DNA of 64,000 nt from a virus (lineage: Duplodnaviria > Caudoviricetes), in IMG/VR virus record IMGVR_UViG_3300005546_000001, positions 1 through 64,000 of that record, one strand, 5' to 3'. The position numbers and the translations under genes are program-made. Below the pieces are notes generated by a model that saw only the letters and a list, made by a program, of their open reading frames with translations, did not search any database and was not told where the DNA came from. How positions within the stretch are numbered: position 1 is the stretch's first letter; each line of letters starts with the position of its first letter. This document shows, piece after piece, positions 40,615 to 49,177 of this stretch.

Positions 40615-41441
40615 TGTTTCTTTTAGCAAAATACAATACACAAACAGTTTTTACATTTCCAATGATTAAGCGCGGTGTAATCGATTTTGCTGTAACTGCC
40701 GACTGGACCCCAGCTACAGGTGACACCAAAATTAGTAAAGATGGTGGAAATGTTGCTAACACGACCAATAATCCCGCCGCTGTTGGTGGAACTGGATCTG
40801 CGTTGTGGACACTTACCCTAACAGCTACCGAACTTCAAGCTGCTGTCGTAGATATCCAGATTATTGATTCTGCCACAAAAGCCGTCGAAGATCAATTTTT
40901 TAAAATTTATACATATGGAAATGCAAGTGCAAAAATTATAGTAGATCTAAGCGATACAGTACGTCTTGGACTTACATCCCTTCCTAACGCAGCAGCAGAA
41001 GCCGCTGGTGGATTGTATACTCGCGGAACAGGTGCTGGGCAAATCAACCAACCCGCTAACGGTCAAGTTGATGCAAATACAGTAAAAATTGGTGGAACAA
41101 CCCAAACTGCTGGAGACGTTGGTTCTCAAGTTGCTGCAATAAAAGCAAAAACAGATCTTCTTCCAGATGGGATTAAGAAGAATACAGCTCTATCTAATTT
41201 TGCATTTTTGATGGTTGACTCTACAGATCACATATCTGCCAAAACTGGCCTAACAATTACCGCCACAAGATCAATCGACGGCGCTGCCTTTGCAGCCTGT
41301 GCAAATTCTGCATCAGAAATATCAAATGGTATATATAAGATAAATCTCGCCAATACTGATCTCAATGGTGATATGATTGTTTTGCGATTTACCGGATCTG
41401 GGGCAGATGATCGTTTGATTACAATTATCACGGAGACATAA
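40614..41441 (+). CDS. virion structural protein
   Basis: ISKDGG, KTGLTITATRSIDGAAF. Confidence 0.7.
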   Translation: MFLLAKYNTQTVFTFPMIKRGVIDFAVTADWTPATGDTKISKDGGNVANTTNNPAAVGGTGSALWTLTLTATELQAAVVDIQIIDSATKAVEDQFFKIYTYGNASAKIIVDLSDTVRLGLTSLPNAAAEAAGGLYTRGTGAGQINQPANGQVDANTVKIGGTTQTAGDVGSQVAAIKAKTDLLPDGIKKNTALSNFAFLMVDSTDHISAKTGLTITATRSIDGAAFAACANSASEISNGIYKINLANTDLNGDMIVLRFTGSGADDRLITIITET

Positions 41442-42148
41442 TGCCATTTTCTCCTACTGATATTACCGGATGTAAACTATGGTTGAAAGCAGATTCGTTA
41501 GCACTCAATGATAATGATCCAATTAGCACATGGTCAGACTCATCCGGTAGTTCTAACGATGCTACTGCCAGCGGCGCTGTTCGCCCCACATTCAAAACTG
41601 CCCAAGTAAACGGATTGCCAGCAGTGCAATTTGGTGGCAGTCACTACCTTCTAACACCGTCAATTACTACAACCATAGATTCTATTTTTATTGTCTATAA
41701 ACATACATCTGGATCTGGCTATATTATAGAATTTGAGGGAAATGATGCTGCTAACGCACTTATAGCTGGATTTACAGCTAATGTTGAAACCTATAATTCT
41801 CCAAGAATATCAGTTGGAGCATATTCAACATCATTATTTAATCTTCATGAAGTTACTCGTGGTAGTGGAACTACCACATATATAAATGGTACATCCGTAA
41901 CGTCCGATGGAACTAATCAACACGCTGGGGGAGTATTCACGATAGGAGCGTCTAGATTAGGAACGGCTGACTTTGTAACTGGCTATATCGCTGAAATTAT
42001 TTTTTATGATTCTGTTTTATCTACAGGTGATCGCCAAAGCGTAGAAGGTTATATTAATACAAAATATTTTGTAGCTGCTGCTAGTTACGCGCGTCACACA
42101 TATTTACCTCCCGGAATAACTCAGTGGACGGTTGGATTTGAGAGATGA
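41441..42148 (+). CDS. LamG/concanavalin-like virion protein
   Basis: LWLKAD, W.D.SG..NDA, GYIAEIIFYD..LS. Confidence 0.8.
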   Translation: MPFSPTDITGCKLWLKADSLALNDNDPISTWSDSSGSSNDATASGAVRPTFKTAQVNGLPAVQFGGSHYLLTPSITTTIDSIFIVYKHTSGSGYIIEFEGNDAANALIAGFTANVETYNSPRISVGAYSTSLFNLHEVTRGSGTTTYINGTSVTSDGTNQHAGGVFTIGASRLGTADFVTGYIAEIIFYDSVLSTGDRQSVEGYINTKYFVAAASYARHTYLPPGITQWTVGFER

Positions 42149-44022
42149 AATATATAGGAGCACCATCCGGTATAGTAGGTACTTGGGTTACTCAAGGGCA
42201 CACTATAGCTACCCAGAATATTACTGCATCTGGCGTGGGTGCTGCTGCATTAAATCGCAATCCATTTAAAATAGTTTCCGTCGCCGGTATTGGTGCTGCA
42301 AGCCTAGTTCGATCAACAGCACACAGTATCTCAGCCGCCGGTGTCGGGGCGGCTTCTATTCTGAAATCTCCCGGAAAGTTCATCTTTCCATCCGGAGTTG
42401 GGGCTGCTCTTCTAACTACAAATATAACAAAAATCCAGTCAATTATCGCTGCTGGAGTTGGTACTGGGCTGCTAGTAAATCGGCCAACTAAAATAGTCAG
42501 CACTTCTGGAGTCGGCACACCCGCTCTAACCAGAACTTCCGTCCATATAATCAACGCTGTTGGTATAGGTGCAGCTAGCTTAATTAACTCTGTTTTGAAA
42601 AATATTTCTGCATCCGGAATCGGAACTGCATTTTTAAATATGAGCCTTATAAAAATCCAGGAAGTTGCTCCGGTTGGTGTTGGGGCTGCCACCATAATCA
42701 ACCAGCCTGCTAAAATAGTTTCGGCGGCAGGTGTCGGAGCCTCTGTTATCCAGACAGCTAAAACAAAGATTCAAAGTATAATTGCAGCGGGTATGGGGGC
42801 GGCGAGTTTAATAAAAACTCCGGGAAGAATTTTAAATACATCTGGTGTTGGAACAGCAGCGATTATAAACTCCCCGGTAAAAATCCTATCAGCCGCTGGC
42901 ATAGGTGCCGCATTTATTAACGCAGTTAAAATCGTCGCAGCGCTTATTTCTGCATCTGGAACTGGGGATGCTCAAATAACTAAACAGCCAGTAAAAATAC
43001 TGGCTTCTTCTGGAATCGGAAGCCCAAATATTTCTAGACTTGTAGGTAAAACACTGAGTTCTAGTGGTATCGGCGCCACCGTAATAACCACCCTAAAAGT
43101 AAAAATACAAGAAATTTCTGCGAGTGGCACTGGACTTGCAATTCTCATAAGAACTGCGTTAAAAGTGTTGAGTGGAACCGGAACCGGAACACCGTCAGTT
43201 CTTAGAACTCCGGCTCATTCTATAACCATTGGTGGGGTAGGCGCTGCCGCTGTAGTTAAACAGCCATCAAAAATAATTTCTATAGACGGTGTTGGCGCCG
43301 TTGTCGTAACTTTAACACAAGTAACGAGCAAAATAATTTCAGCCGCTGGAGTTGGAACTGCTGTACTTGTTCGCGGCGTTCTTAAGAATTTAAGTGGTTC
43401 CGGGGTTGGTGCTGGTGCTATAACCAAACAGCCTCGAATTTCTATTTCTACTAGCGGGATTGGAACAGGAACATTATTCCGACTTGTAAGTAAATTCATA
43501 TCCACTGCTGGTGTTGGTCTTGTTATTATAGCAAGGACTCCAAATAAGCAAGTCAGTGCGGTATCAACAGGAACCGGAAGTATTACAAGAGCCCCAGGTC
43601 ACATTATTTCTGGTCAAGGTGTTGGACTTGCTGGAATCCTAAGAAGTTTTCCATTCAGTTTCTCTGCTGCCGGAACTGGGGTAGCGTCATTATTCAAATC
43701 CCCAACTAAAATAGTTTCTGGAACAGCCACTGGAATTGGTAACATTGTTTGGATGCCAATAAAAATTATATCTGCCGTAGCAGTCGGCGCTGGACGGTTT
43801 ATTAGATCCGCTGGGAAAGTAATTGTAGCAACTGGTATCGGTTATGCGATAATTACTTTTATCAGTAGTGGGACTAGATTCCCAATTGTTCAGTTTATAA
43901 GAACTGGAATACTAAATCTAAGCAGATCAAGAACTGTTGATTATGAGCGCTACAAAGGCTCAGAACTATCTGGCGAAGTATCAGTAAAGAGAAGCAAGAT
44001 AACAAAAATTAGTGAGGAATAA
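42145..44022 (+). CDS. tandem ~19-aa repeat virion protein
   Basis: about 30 copies of (K)I.S..G(V/I/T)G.A.(L/I). Confidence 0.75.
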   Translation: MKYIGAPSGIVGTWVTQGHTIATQNITASGVGAAALNRNPFKIVSVAGIGAASLVRSTAHSISAAGVGAASILKSPGKFIFPSGVGAALLTTNITKIQSIIAAGVGTGLLVNRPTKIVSTSGVGTPALTRTSVHIINAVGIGAASLINSVLKNISASGIGTAFLNMSLIKIQEVAPVGVGAATIINQPAKIVSAAGVGASVIQTAKTKIQSIIAAGMGAASLIKTPGRILNTSGVGTAAIINSPVKILSAAGIGAAFINAVKIVAALISASGTGDAQITKQPVKILASSGIGSPNISRLVGKTLSSSGIGATVITTLKVKIQEISASGTGLAILIRTALKVLSGTGTGTPSVLRTPAHSITIGGVGAAAVVKQPSKIISIDGVGAVVVTLTQVTSKIISAAGVGTAVLVRGVLKNLSGSGVGAGAITKQPRISISTSGIGTGTLFRLVSKFISTAGVGLVIIARTPNKQVSAVSTGTGSITRAPGHIISGQGVGLAGILRSFPFSFSAAGTGVASLFKSPTKIVSGTATGIGNIVWMPIKIISAVAVGAGRFIRSAGKVIVATGIGYAIITFISSGTRFPIVQFIRTGILNLSRSRTVDYERYKGSELSGEVSVKRSKITKISEE

Positions 44023-44403
44023 ATGGCAGAGTTTAATGGGATAATCAGCAACTTCGCAAATGACGTGGATATTTCATTTGACTGGACGATTACTACAGTT
44101 CCAGCACTGTCTACTATAGCTAGCGCTGAGTTCACCGTCAAGACTGTTGAAACTGATCCAGACTCTGCTGCTATTCTTGTTAAAATAATAACTCCAACAA
44201 ATTCTACAGGAGTTGGGCAAGTGGAAGATACTGGCTCCGATGGTACTGGAAAAATCAGATTTGATTTAACTCCTACTGATACAGCAAAACTAACTCCTGG
44301 TGTAATTTATGTTTACTGGGTTTATGTAATTTTAAATAGTGGGCAGACAACATTAGTGGAAAAAGGAAGCATCTTCTCGGCGCAGGGAGCTTCACATGTA
44401 TAG
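44023..44403 (+). CDS. BppU-N-like virion protein
   Basis: AEFTVK, G.IRFDLTP.DT..L.PG..YVY. Confidence 0.65.
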   Translation: MAEFNGIISNFANDVDISFDWTITTVPALSTIASAEFTVKTVETDPDSAAILVKIITPTNSTGVGQVEDTGSDGTGKIRFDLTPTDTAKLTPGVIYVYWVYVILNSGQTTLVEKGSIFSAQGASHV

Positions 44404-44947
44404 AATGAAGCTATTAAGATTTTTGCTTTCTATTATATTGATCTTTTTTATAAGCTGCGGAAGTGGAGTCCACGTCAAAAATCATCCGTTTAAAGATAGC
44501 TCGATCTTTAATTTTGGAAAAGTTGATGACAATGTATATCGCGGTTCCCAACCATTAGAATCCGATTATATCGGGCTGAAGAAACTTGGCATCAAAACAG
44601 TTCTCGATTTAAGAGACGATCAGGTTAGTACTTCCCCAAAATTTGCTAAAATGGCTGGCCTAGAGTATAAACATGTTACAATGTCATCTACGCACACACC
44701 GAGATTGAAGGATGTTCAGACCGCTGAAGCAATTTTACGCGATCCTCTGAACTGGCCTGTCTTCGTTCACTGCGAGGGTGGCCGTCACAGAACGGGTGTA
44801 ATTGTTGCTGTATATAGAGTTATAGTTTCCAAATGGACGATAGATAAAGCTTGGGGTGAGGCTCTGAAATACGATTACTACTCTGATTTTGGACACCAAT
44901 CTATTGAAACGTGGTTTCTACGCGATTTTAAGCCTGAATTATTCTAA
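44396..44947 (+). CDS. Cys-based protein-tyrosine/dual-specificity phosphatase, probable lipoprotein
   Basis: YRGSQP, VHCEGGRHRTG (CX5R); FFISC lipobox-like. Confidence 0.85.
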   Translation: MYRMKLLRFLLSIILIFFISCGSGVHVKNHPFKDSSIFNFGKVDDNVYRGSQPLESDYIGLKKLGIKTVLDLRDDQVSTSPKFAKMAGLEYKHVTMSSTHTPRLKDVQTAEAILRDPLNWPVFVHCEGGRHRTGVIVAVYRVIVSKWTIDKAWGEALKYDYYSDFGHQSIETWFLRDFKPELF

Positions 44948-45065
44948 ACCAACCCGAACATCCTTTTTTCTTTAAAGGTCTCTTAAATCGCTTCCTAACG
45001 CGTTCTTGGGGGATTCTACGGCACAGTCTGAAATCAAAATTCATTTTCTGAAAAACTAAATTAGT

Positions 45066-45650
45066 ATGGCACACCGACCGATAACAGATAATTTTACTCT
45101 ATTCTTTGATTACGGAGTTTGGATTCCTGATAAATACCTCGATATTACTGGGGATATTAATGAGAAACTAGTTTTTAAAGCCATGCGTGGGCTAACAATC
45201 CTAGATTCTTTAGCAAGCAATGCACCAATAACAATCCGCCTATCTACTTCAGGTGGAGATGTTTACGACGGTTTATCCCTGTATGATGCTATAAGAAATT
45301 GTAAATCCAGAGTAGAAATCATAGGATTTGGAAAAGTATGGTCAATGGGTTCTGTAATTATGCAAGCCGCCGACCCCGGTGGAAGATTTCTAACGCCAAA
45401 CACAACGTTCATGGTGCATCAAGGATATTCGGGAATTACCGAGGATCATCCGGAAACAGTTCAAAGATGGGCCAAAGAAGACAAAAGAATTGGTAATAAA
45501 ATAAATCGTATTTTATACGAACGAAGCAAGTTAACTGCCGATATCTCGATTACGCAGAAACAATTTATAGCCGGAATCCAGTTCGATGTTTATATGGACC
45601 CAAGTACAGCGATCTCGGCGGGACTCGCAGATGCCATTCTTGCGCCATAG
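45066..45650 (+). CDS. clpP: ClpP-like protease
   Basis: STSGGDV..G..LYD, WSMGS, FMVHQ, D.YM....A...GLAD. Confidence 0.85.
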   Translation: MAHRPITDNFTLFFDYGVWIPDKYLDITGDINEKLVFKAMRGLTILDSLASNAPITIRLSTSGGDVYDGLSLYDAIRNCKSRVEIIGFGKVWSMGSVIMQAADPGGRFLTPNTTFMVHQGYSGITEDHPETVQRWAKEDKRIGNKINRILYERSKLTADISITQKQFIAGIQFDVYMDPSTAISAGLADAILAP

Positions 45651-45654
45651 GCCC

Positions 45655-45683
45655 TTGCGCTAATCCAAAAAGTTTGGTATGAT
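45655..45683 (+). promoter_or_regulatory. sigma70 promoter
   Basis: TTGCGC-17-(TG)TATGAT. Confidence 0.6.
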
Positions 45684-45692
45684 AGCCACTAT

Positions 45693-46406
45693 ATGAATAA
45701 AGATGGAACACCTTCGGTGCTTTTCTTCGACATAGAAACTGCTGGTCCAGCTTCAATGACGGCTGATCTGGCAATTGTTATTTGCTTCGGCTATAAATGG
45801 CAGGGTGAGAAGCATTCTCATTGCTTGACAATTGATGAGAAATCTCTTAGAAAATTTGACGACAGCAAACTCCTAAAAGAAGCGTGTAAAATTTTTGAAG
45901 AAGCCGATTTAATTGTTGCACATTACGGCTCGGTATTTGATCGCCGTTTTATTCAAGGCCGCTTATTAATCAATAATTTACCGCCAATCCCACAGACTAA
46001 AATGAGGGATACTTGTTTCATGGCACGAAGTATCGCCAATTTTAGTCGTAATCGACTTGCGTACCTTTGCAAAATTCTGAATCTCGGTCATGCTAAGCTA
46101 GACAATAACTGGCCCGCAGCTTGGTTCTCCGTACTTCGCGGAGATATGGGAGCCCTTAAAAAGATGGCTATTTATTGTAAAGGCGATGTTCTAGCTCTCG
46201 AAGATCTTTATAATCGACTGAAAGCCTTTGATAGTCCCCATCCAAGAATGGTTATCGACCGAACAAAGTGCGGTCTTTGCGGCGGCGAAATCGAATACCG
46301 TGGTTTTTCATTTGTCGGACACCTCAGATACCGGCGCTTTGTATGTAAAAACCCTAAATGTCGCAAATGGGATAGAGAGAGAACAGCGATTAAATCCAAG
46401 AAATAA
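45693..46406 (+). CDS. RNase H-like (YprB/DEDD) exonuclease with C-terminal Zn ribbon
   Basis: FFDIET, HYG..FD, YC..DV..L; CGLCG...C...C. Confidence 0.85.
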   Translation: MNKDGTPSVLFFDIETAGPASMTADLAIVICFGYKWQGEKHSHCLTIDEKSLRKFDDSKLLKEACKIFEEADLIVAHYGSVFDRRFIQGRLLINNLPPIPQTKMRDTCFMARSIANFSRNRLAYLCKILNLGHAKLDNNWPAAWFSVLRGDMGALKKMAIYCKGDVLALEDLYNRLKAFDSPHPRMVIDRTKCGLCGGEIEYRGFSFVGHLRYRRFVCKNPKCRKWDRERTAIKSKK

Positions 46407-46414
46407 GCATCTTA

Positions 46415-46428
46415 GGGGCATACATGAA
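46415..46428 (+). promoter_or_regulatory. putative late promoter motif (copy 3)
   Basis: GGGGCATACATGAA. Confidence 0.45.
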
Positions 46429-46457
46429 GGATATTTAACGCTATTTTTAGATTTCTC

Positions 46458-46486
46458 TTGACAAAAATCAAGGAATCTACTAAAAT
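46458..46486 (+). promoter_or_regulatory. sigma70 promoter of the tRNA array
   Basis: TTGACA-17-TAAAAT just upstream of tRNA-Tyr. Confidence 0.85.
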
Positions 46487-46495
46487 AGCAGAGTT

Positions 46496-46582
46496 GCCAA
46501 CTTCGGGTAGCGGCGATCCCACGAGATTGTAAACCTCGCATTCTTCGGAGTCTCGGTGGTTCGAGTCCACCAGTTGGCACCA
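46496..46582 (+). tRNA. tRNA-Tyr(GTA)
   Basis: cloverleaf, long V arm, encoded CCA. Confidence 0.9.
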
Positions 46583-46586
46583 TTTT

Positions 46587-46658
46587 GGCAGAGTTCGTTA
46601 ATTGGTAAGCGGCTGATCTCCAAAATCAGTGCTGAAAGTTCGACCCTTTCCTCTGTCG
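46587..46658 (+). tRNA. tRNA-Trp(CCA)
   Basis: CTGAT-ctCCAaa-ATCAG. Confidence 0.85.
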
Positions 46659-46729
46659 TAGTAGACCGCTGCAACGCGCCAACCAGAGCGTAGCGACTCG
46701 GCTAGTTACTGAGTCGAATCTGGTAAACT

Positions 46730-46817
46730 GGAAGCGAACCGGCTGGATCAGGGGAGAGTTTGCTAAACTCTTGGGGCGCTAGACGTGCCCTTGTGCGTTC
46801 GAGTCGCACCGTTTCCG
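46730..46817 (+). tRNA. tRNA-Ser(GCT)
   Basis: AGAGT-ttGCTaa-ACTCT, long V arm. Confidence 0.85.
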
Positions 46818-46820
46818 CTT

Positions 46821-46903
46821 GGAGAATTTGGCATAGGCACGCCGCACGGTCCTGAAAACCGCAGGGGCTTACACCCCGGTAAGTTCGACTCTTACATTCT
46901 CCG
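46821..46903 (+). tRNA. tRNA-Ser(TGA), C33
   Basis: CGGT-ccTGAaa-ACCG, long V arm. Confidence 0.85.
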
Positions 46904-46909
46904 CTTTTT

Positions 46910-46982
46910 GGCCCCGTGGTGAAACTGGATATCACAAAACGCTTCGAACGTTTAGTTGAGGAATCGTACTCTTCCGGGGTTA
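46910..46982 (+). tRNA. tRNA-Arg(TCG)
   Basis: AAACG-ctTCGaa-CGTTT; atypical T loop. Confidence 0.8.
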
Positions 46983-46993
46983 TTGGAGTAATT

Positions 46994-47164
46994 ATGGAAG
47001 ATACAGATAAAGTGCCCGAATTCAAATTCGGAGTATTCAACTCTATGTTTAGATACGGGCTAGTAAAAAAGTTCTATGAAAAAGAAGCCGCTATTAAATA
47101 TGCGGATTACCTCAGTCACGGCGGACAATATTTCGTTGAACGAGTTGACTGGATAATGCCTTAG
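46994..47164 (+). CDS. small hypothetical protein
   Basis: GGAG RBS; MEDTDKVPEF... Confidence 0.55.
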   Translation: MEDTDKVPEFKFGVFNSMFRYGLVKKFYEKEAAIKYADYLSHGGQYFVERVDWIMP

Positions 47165-47170
47165 TTTTAT

Positions 47171-47255
47171 GCGAGCGTAGACAAATTGGCAAAGTCGGCA
47201 GGCTTAGACCCTGTTTTGCGAAAGCATCCTGGAGGTTCAACTCCTCTCGCTCGTA
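47171..47255 (+). tRNA. tRNA-Leu(TAG)
   Basis: GCAGG-ctTAGac-CCTGT, long V arm. Confidence 0.9.
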
Positions 47256-47259
47256 CCTT

Positions 47260-47332
47260 GCTGGTGTGGTGTAATTGGTAAACGCAGCGGCCTCAAACGT
47301 CGCTTATGGCTGTTCGAATCAGCTCACCAGCA
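47260..47332 (+). tRNA. tRNA-Leu(CAA), short variable loop
   Basis: GCGGC-ctCAAac-GTCGC. Confidence 0.8.
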
Positions 47333-47406
47333 TTTTCAGTGGATGTGGGGCCTCCTGCATCGGCGCCCTTGCACACCGAGGCGCTTTTAATTTCGGGTGC
47401 TATTTA

Positions 47407-47478
47407 TCGCGCATAGCCAAGGGGAAAGGCGTGAGTCTGCAAAACTCTGATACATCGGTTCGATTCCGATTGCGCGAT
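47407..47478 (+). tRNA. tRNA-Cys(GCA)
   Basis: GAGT-ctGCAaa-ACTC, U73. Confidence 0.85.
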
Positions 47479-47483
47479 CTTAA

Positions 47484-47560
47484 TGCGGGCGATAGCGCCA
47501 TTGTGCTAACTGCGCTCATAACGCAGATAAGGCGGGGTGAGACTCCCCGGCCCGCTACCA
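47484..47560 (+). tRNA. tRNA-Met(CAT), initiator-like
   Basis: CTGCG-ctCATaa-CGCAG, 1:72 mismatch, CCA. Confidence 0.8.
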
Positions 47561-47670
47561 TTTGAAACGCCAAGCGGCCACATGAAATTGGTATACCTCA
47601 ATTAAGGAGAACGGGTAAGAATGACCGACGCGCCGCCAGCGCGAGTACTGGCGACCTTGGCGCGGTTTTT

Positions 47671-47744
47671 GCCAGCGTGATGTAATTGGCACGCATTTAC
47701 CGCTTAAAACGGTGATTTTGGGGGTTCGAGTCCCTCCGCTGGCA
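47671..47744 (+). tRNA. tRNA-Leu(TAA), short variable loop
   Basis: TACCG-ctTAAaa-CGGTG. Confidence 0.85.
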
Positions 47745-47828
47745 TTCTTTGGTGCGAAGCTATGCTATGAATATTGCCATAGAGCGCAAACCTCCATTGG
47801 ATGTTAGGCGCTCGCACTGAGGGGACAT

Positions 47829-47900
47829 GGCGTCGAATGCAAATGGCTAGCAGCAAGTCCTTCAAACTTGTACTAGAGAGTTCAATTCTCTCCGGCGCTG
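47829..47900 (+). tRNA. tRNA-Glu(TTC), C33
   Basis: CAAGT-ccTTCaa-ACTTG. Confidence 0.75.
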
Positions 47901-47977
47901 CTATTCCGCCTGACTATTTCGATGGCAGGCTGCGGGAGTACACTACAGAAGGAATTCTGAAAGAACTCCCTGCTTAT

Positions 47978-48050
47978 GGCGACTGTAGTGTAGTGGAAAC
48001 ATGGAAAGCTGTGAACTTTTCGTCAGTCCGTTCAAATCGGCTCAGTCGCC
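47978..48050 (+). tRNA. tRNA-His(GTG)
   Basis: GAAAG-ctGTGaa-CTTTT, G-1:C73. Confidence 0.85.
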
Positions 48051-48056
48051 CTTTAT

Positions 48057-48130
48057 TCTGGCGTCTTCTAAAGCAAGAACCATCGCTCTGAACGATGAGA
48101 ATCTCGGTTCGATTCCGTGCGCCAGTGCCA
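48057..48130 (+). tRNA. tRNA-Gln(CTG)
   Basis: CATCG-ctCTGaa-CGATG, CCA. Confidence 0.85.
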
Positions 48131-48144
48131 ACTAATTTAGTTTT

Positions 48145-48217
48145 GCCGATCTAGTGTAATTGGCTGCACGCCCTCCTGATTAGAGGGAAGCTCAGGGTTC
48201 AAGTCCTTGGATCGGTA
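48145..48217 (+). tRNA. tRNA-Ile(GAT), U37
   Basis: CCCTC-ctGATta-GAGGG. Confidence 0.85.
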
Positions 48218-48236
48218 CTTAGGGAGTTTATCTCCC

Positions 48237-48322
48237 GACGAAGAGCCGGGGTCGCTGGTTCAACTCCAGTAAAGGGGACCATTTTATCCCCTGCTAGTTT
48301 AGCGTAAAACACCGGCTATGAT
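48237..48322 (+). ncRNA. circularly permuted tRNA mimic, YrlA/Y-RNA-like
   Basis: GACGAAG-AGCCGG, T arm GCTGG-ttcaact-CCAGT, acceptor GGGGA-CCA-tttta-TCCCC, D arm GTTT..AAAC, closing CCGGCT. Confidence 0.7.
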
Positions 48323-48326
48323 TTTT

Positions 48327-48397
48327 GGAGGCGTAGTGTAAAGGCCGCACGATTGGCTGTCTACCATTTAGAGCGAGTTCGAATCTCGTCGTCTCCG
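48327..48397 (+). tRNA. tRNA-Asp(GTC), U37
   Basis: TGG-ctGTCta-CCA. Confidence 0.85.
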
Positions 48398-48400
48398 CCT

Positions 48401-48474
48401 GTTCTCGTAGCCAAATTGGATAAGGTGCCAGTCTTCTAAACTGGAGATTCCGAGTTCGAGTCTCGGCGGGAACA
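48401..48474 (+). tRNA. tRNA-Arg(TCT)
   Basis: CCAGT-ctTCTaa-ACTGG. Confidence 0.9.
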
Positions 48475-48476
48475 TT

Positions 48477-48800
48477 ATGAAAGTTCTTTTCACTACTATT
48501 TTAGTAGCCGTATCTTTTCTTTGTACCGGCTTTATTGGTGGATTTTCTAGTTATACAGCGACAGCGTACACCCTAAAAGGCCGTACGGCTTTTGGTTGCA
48601 AAGCACACTCTGGAATAATAGCTGCTGATCCGCGCCAGATTAAACTCGGTTCTACAGTTTATATCAGAGCCGGTAAATACTCCGGAGAATATGTCGTGCA
48701 TGACACTGGCGTAAAAGGCCGTAGAATCGACATGTGGCTCCCCAGCCGAGCAGAAGCCTTGCGCTTTGGCAAGAAATCTGTTACACTGAAAATATTATGA
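48477..48800 (+). CDS. 3D-domain (MltA-like) cell-wall enzyme with signal sequence
   Basis: TATAY, IAADP, HDTG, RIDMW. Confidence 0.85.
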   Translation: MKVLFTTILVAVSFLCTGFIGGFSSYTATAYTLKGRTAFGCKAHSGIIAADPRQIKLGSTVYIRAGKYSGEYVVHDTGVKGRRIDMWLPSRAEALRFGKKSVTLKIL

Positions 48801-49000
48801 AAACAATTTGGATATTAACAGCGCATTCTGAAAGTGGTGATGATTTTGGCCCATTAGCATTTTCTAAGAAACCAACAGAAGCAAAACTAAAGAAAATTGC
48901 TTTTGATTGGGATGGTGAAGAAACAGAAGATGGTCCTGGTGACTATGGTTCTTATGTTTATTTGGATCTAAGTGAGGTAGAAGTTGATAAAAAAAGTTAA
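48797..49000 (+). CDS. hypothetical protein
   Basis: ATGA overlap; MKTIWILTAHSESGD. Confidence 0.6.
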   Translation: MKTIWILTAHSESGDDFGPLAFSKKPTEAKLKKIAFDWDGEETEDGPGDYGSYVYLDLSEVEVDKKS

Positions 49001-49099
49001 ATTTGTTTATCCAGAAGCATCAGAGAATGTTTCAAACAGCCCGTTCTTTATTTCTATAATGCAAGAAATTGTTAAACGACAGCGCGAATGGGTGACTAG

Positions 49100-49172
49100 G
49101 AACTCGTAGCTCAATTGGCAGAGCATCACTCTCTTAAAGTGAGTTGTGCGGGATCATTGCCCGCCGAGTTCA
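49100..49172 (+). tRNA. tRNA-Lys(CTT)
   Basis: TCACT-ctCTTaa-AGTGA. Confidence 0.85.
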
Positions 49173-49177
49173 TTTCT

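Noticed and set aside
29410-44403. Diversity-generating retroelement or CRISPR mini-array
   Set aside because: No reverse transcriptase, TR/VR pair or spaced direct repeats were seen by eye; the repeats in 42145-44022 are degenerate coding repeats.
47568-47662. 5S rRNA
   Set aside because: Only a superficial junction resemblance; it is too short and lacks conserved 5S loop sequences.
47829-47900. Opal suppressor or Sec tRNA reading (CTTCAAA)
   Set aside because: The perfect 5-bp stem CAAGT/ACTTG fixes the loop as CCTTCAA, anticodon TTC; there is no long arm.
48237-48322. Two-piece permuted tmRNA
   Set aside because: It has a true D stem, lacks the Ala G3:U70 acceptor and leaves no room for a tag ORF.
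48401-48474. Amber suppressor reading (TTCTAAA)
   Set aside because: The stem CCAGT/ACTGG gives loop CTTCTAA, which is Arg(TCT).
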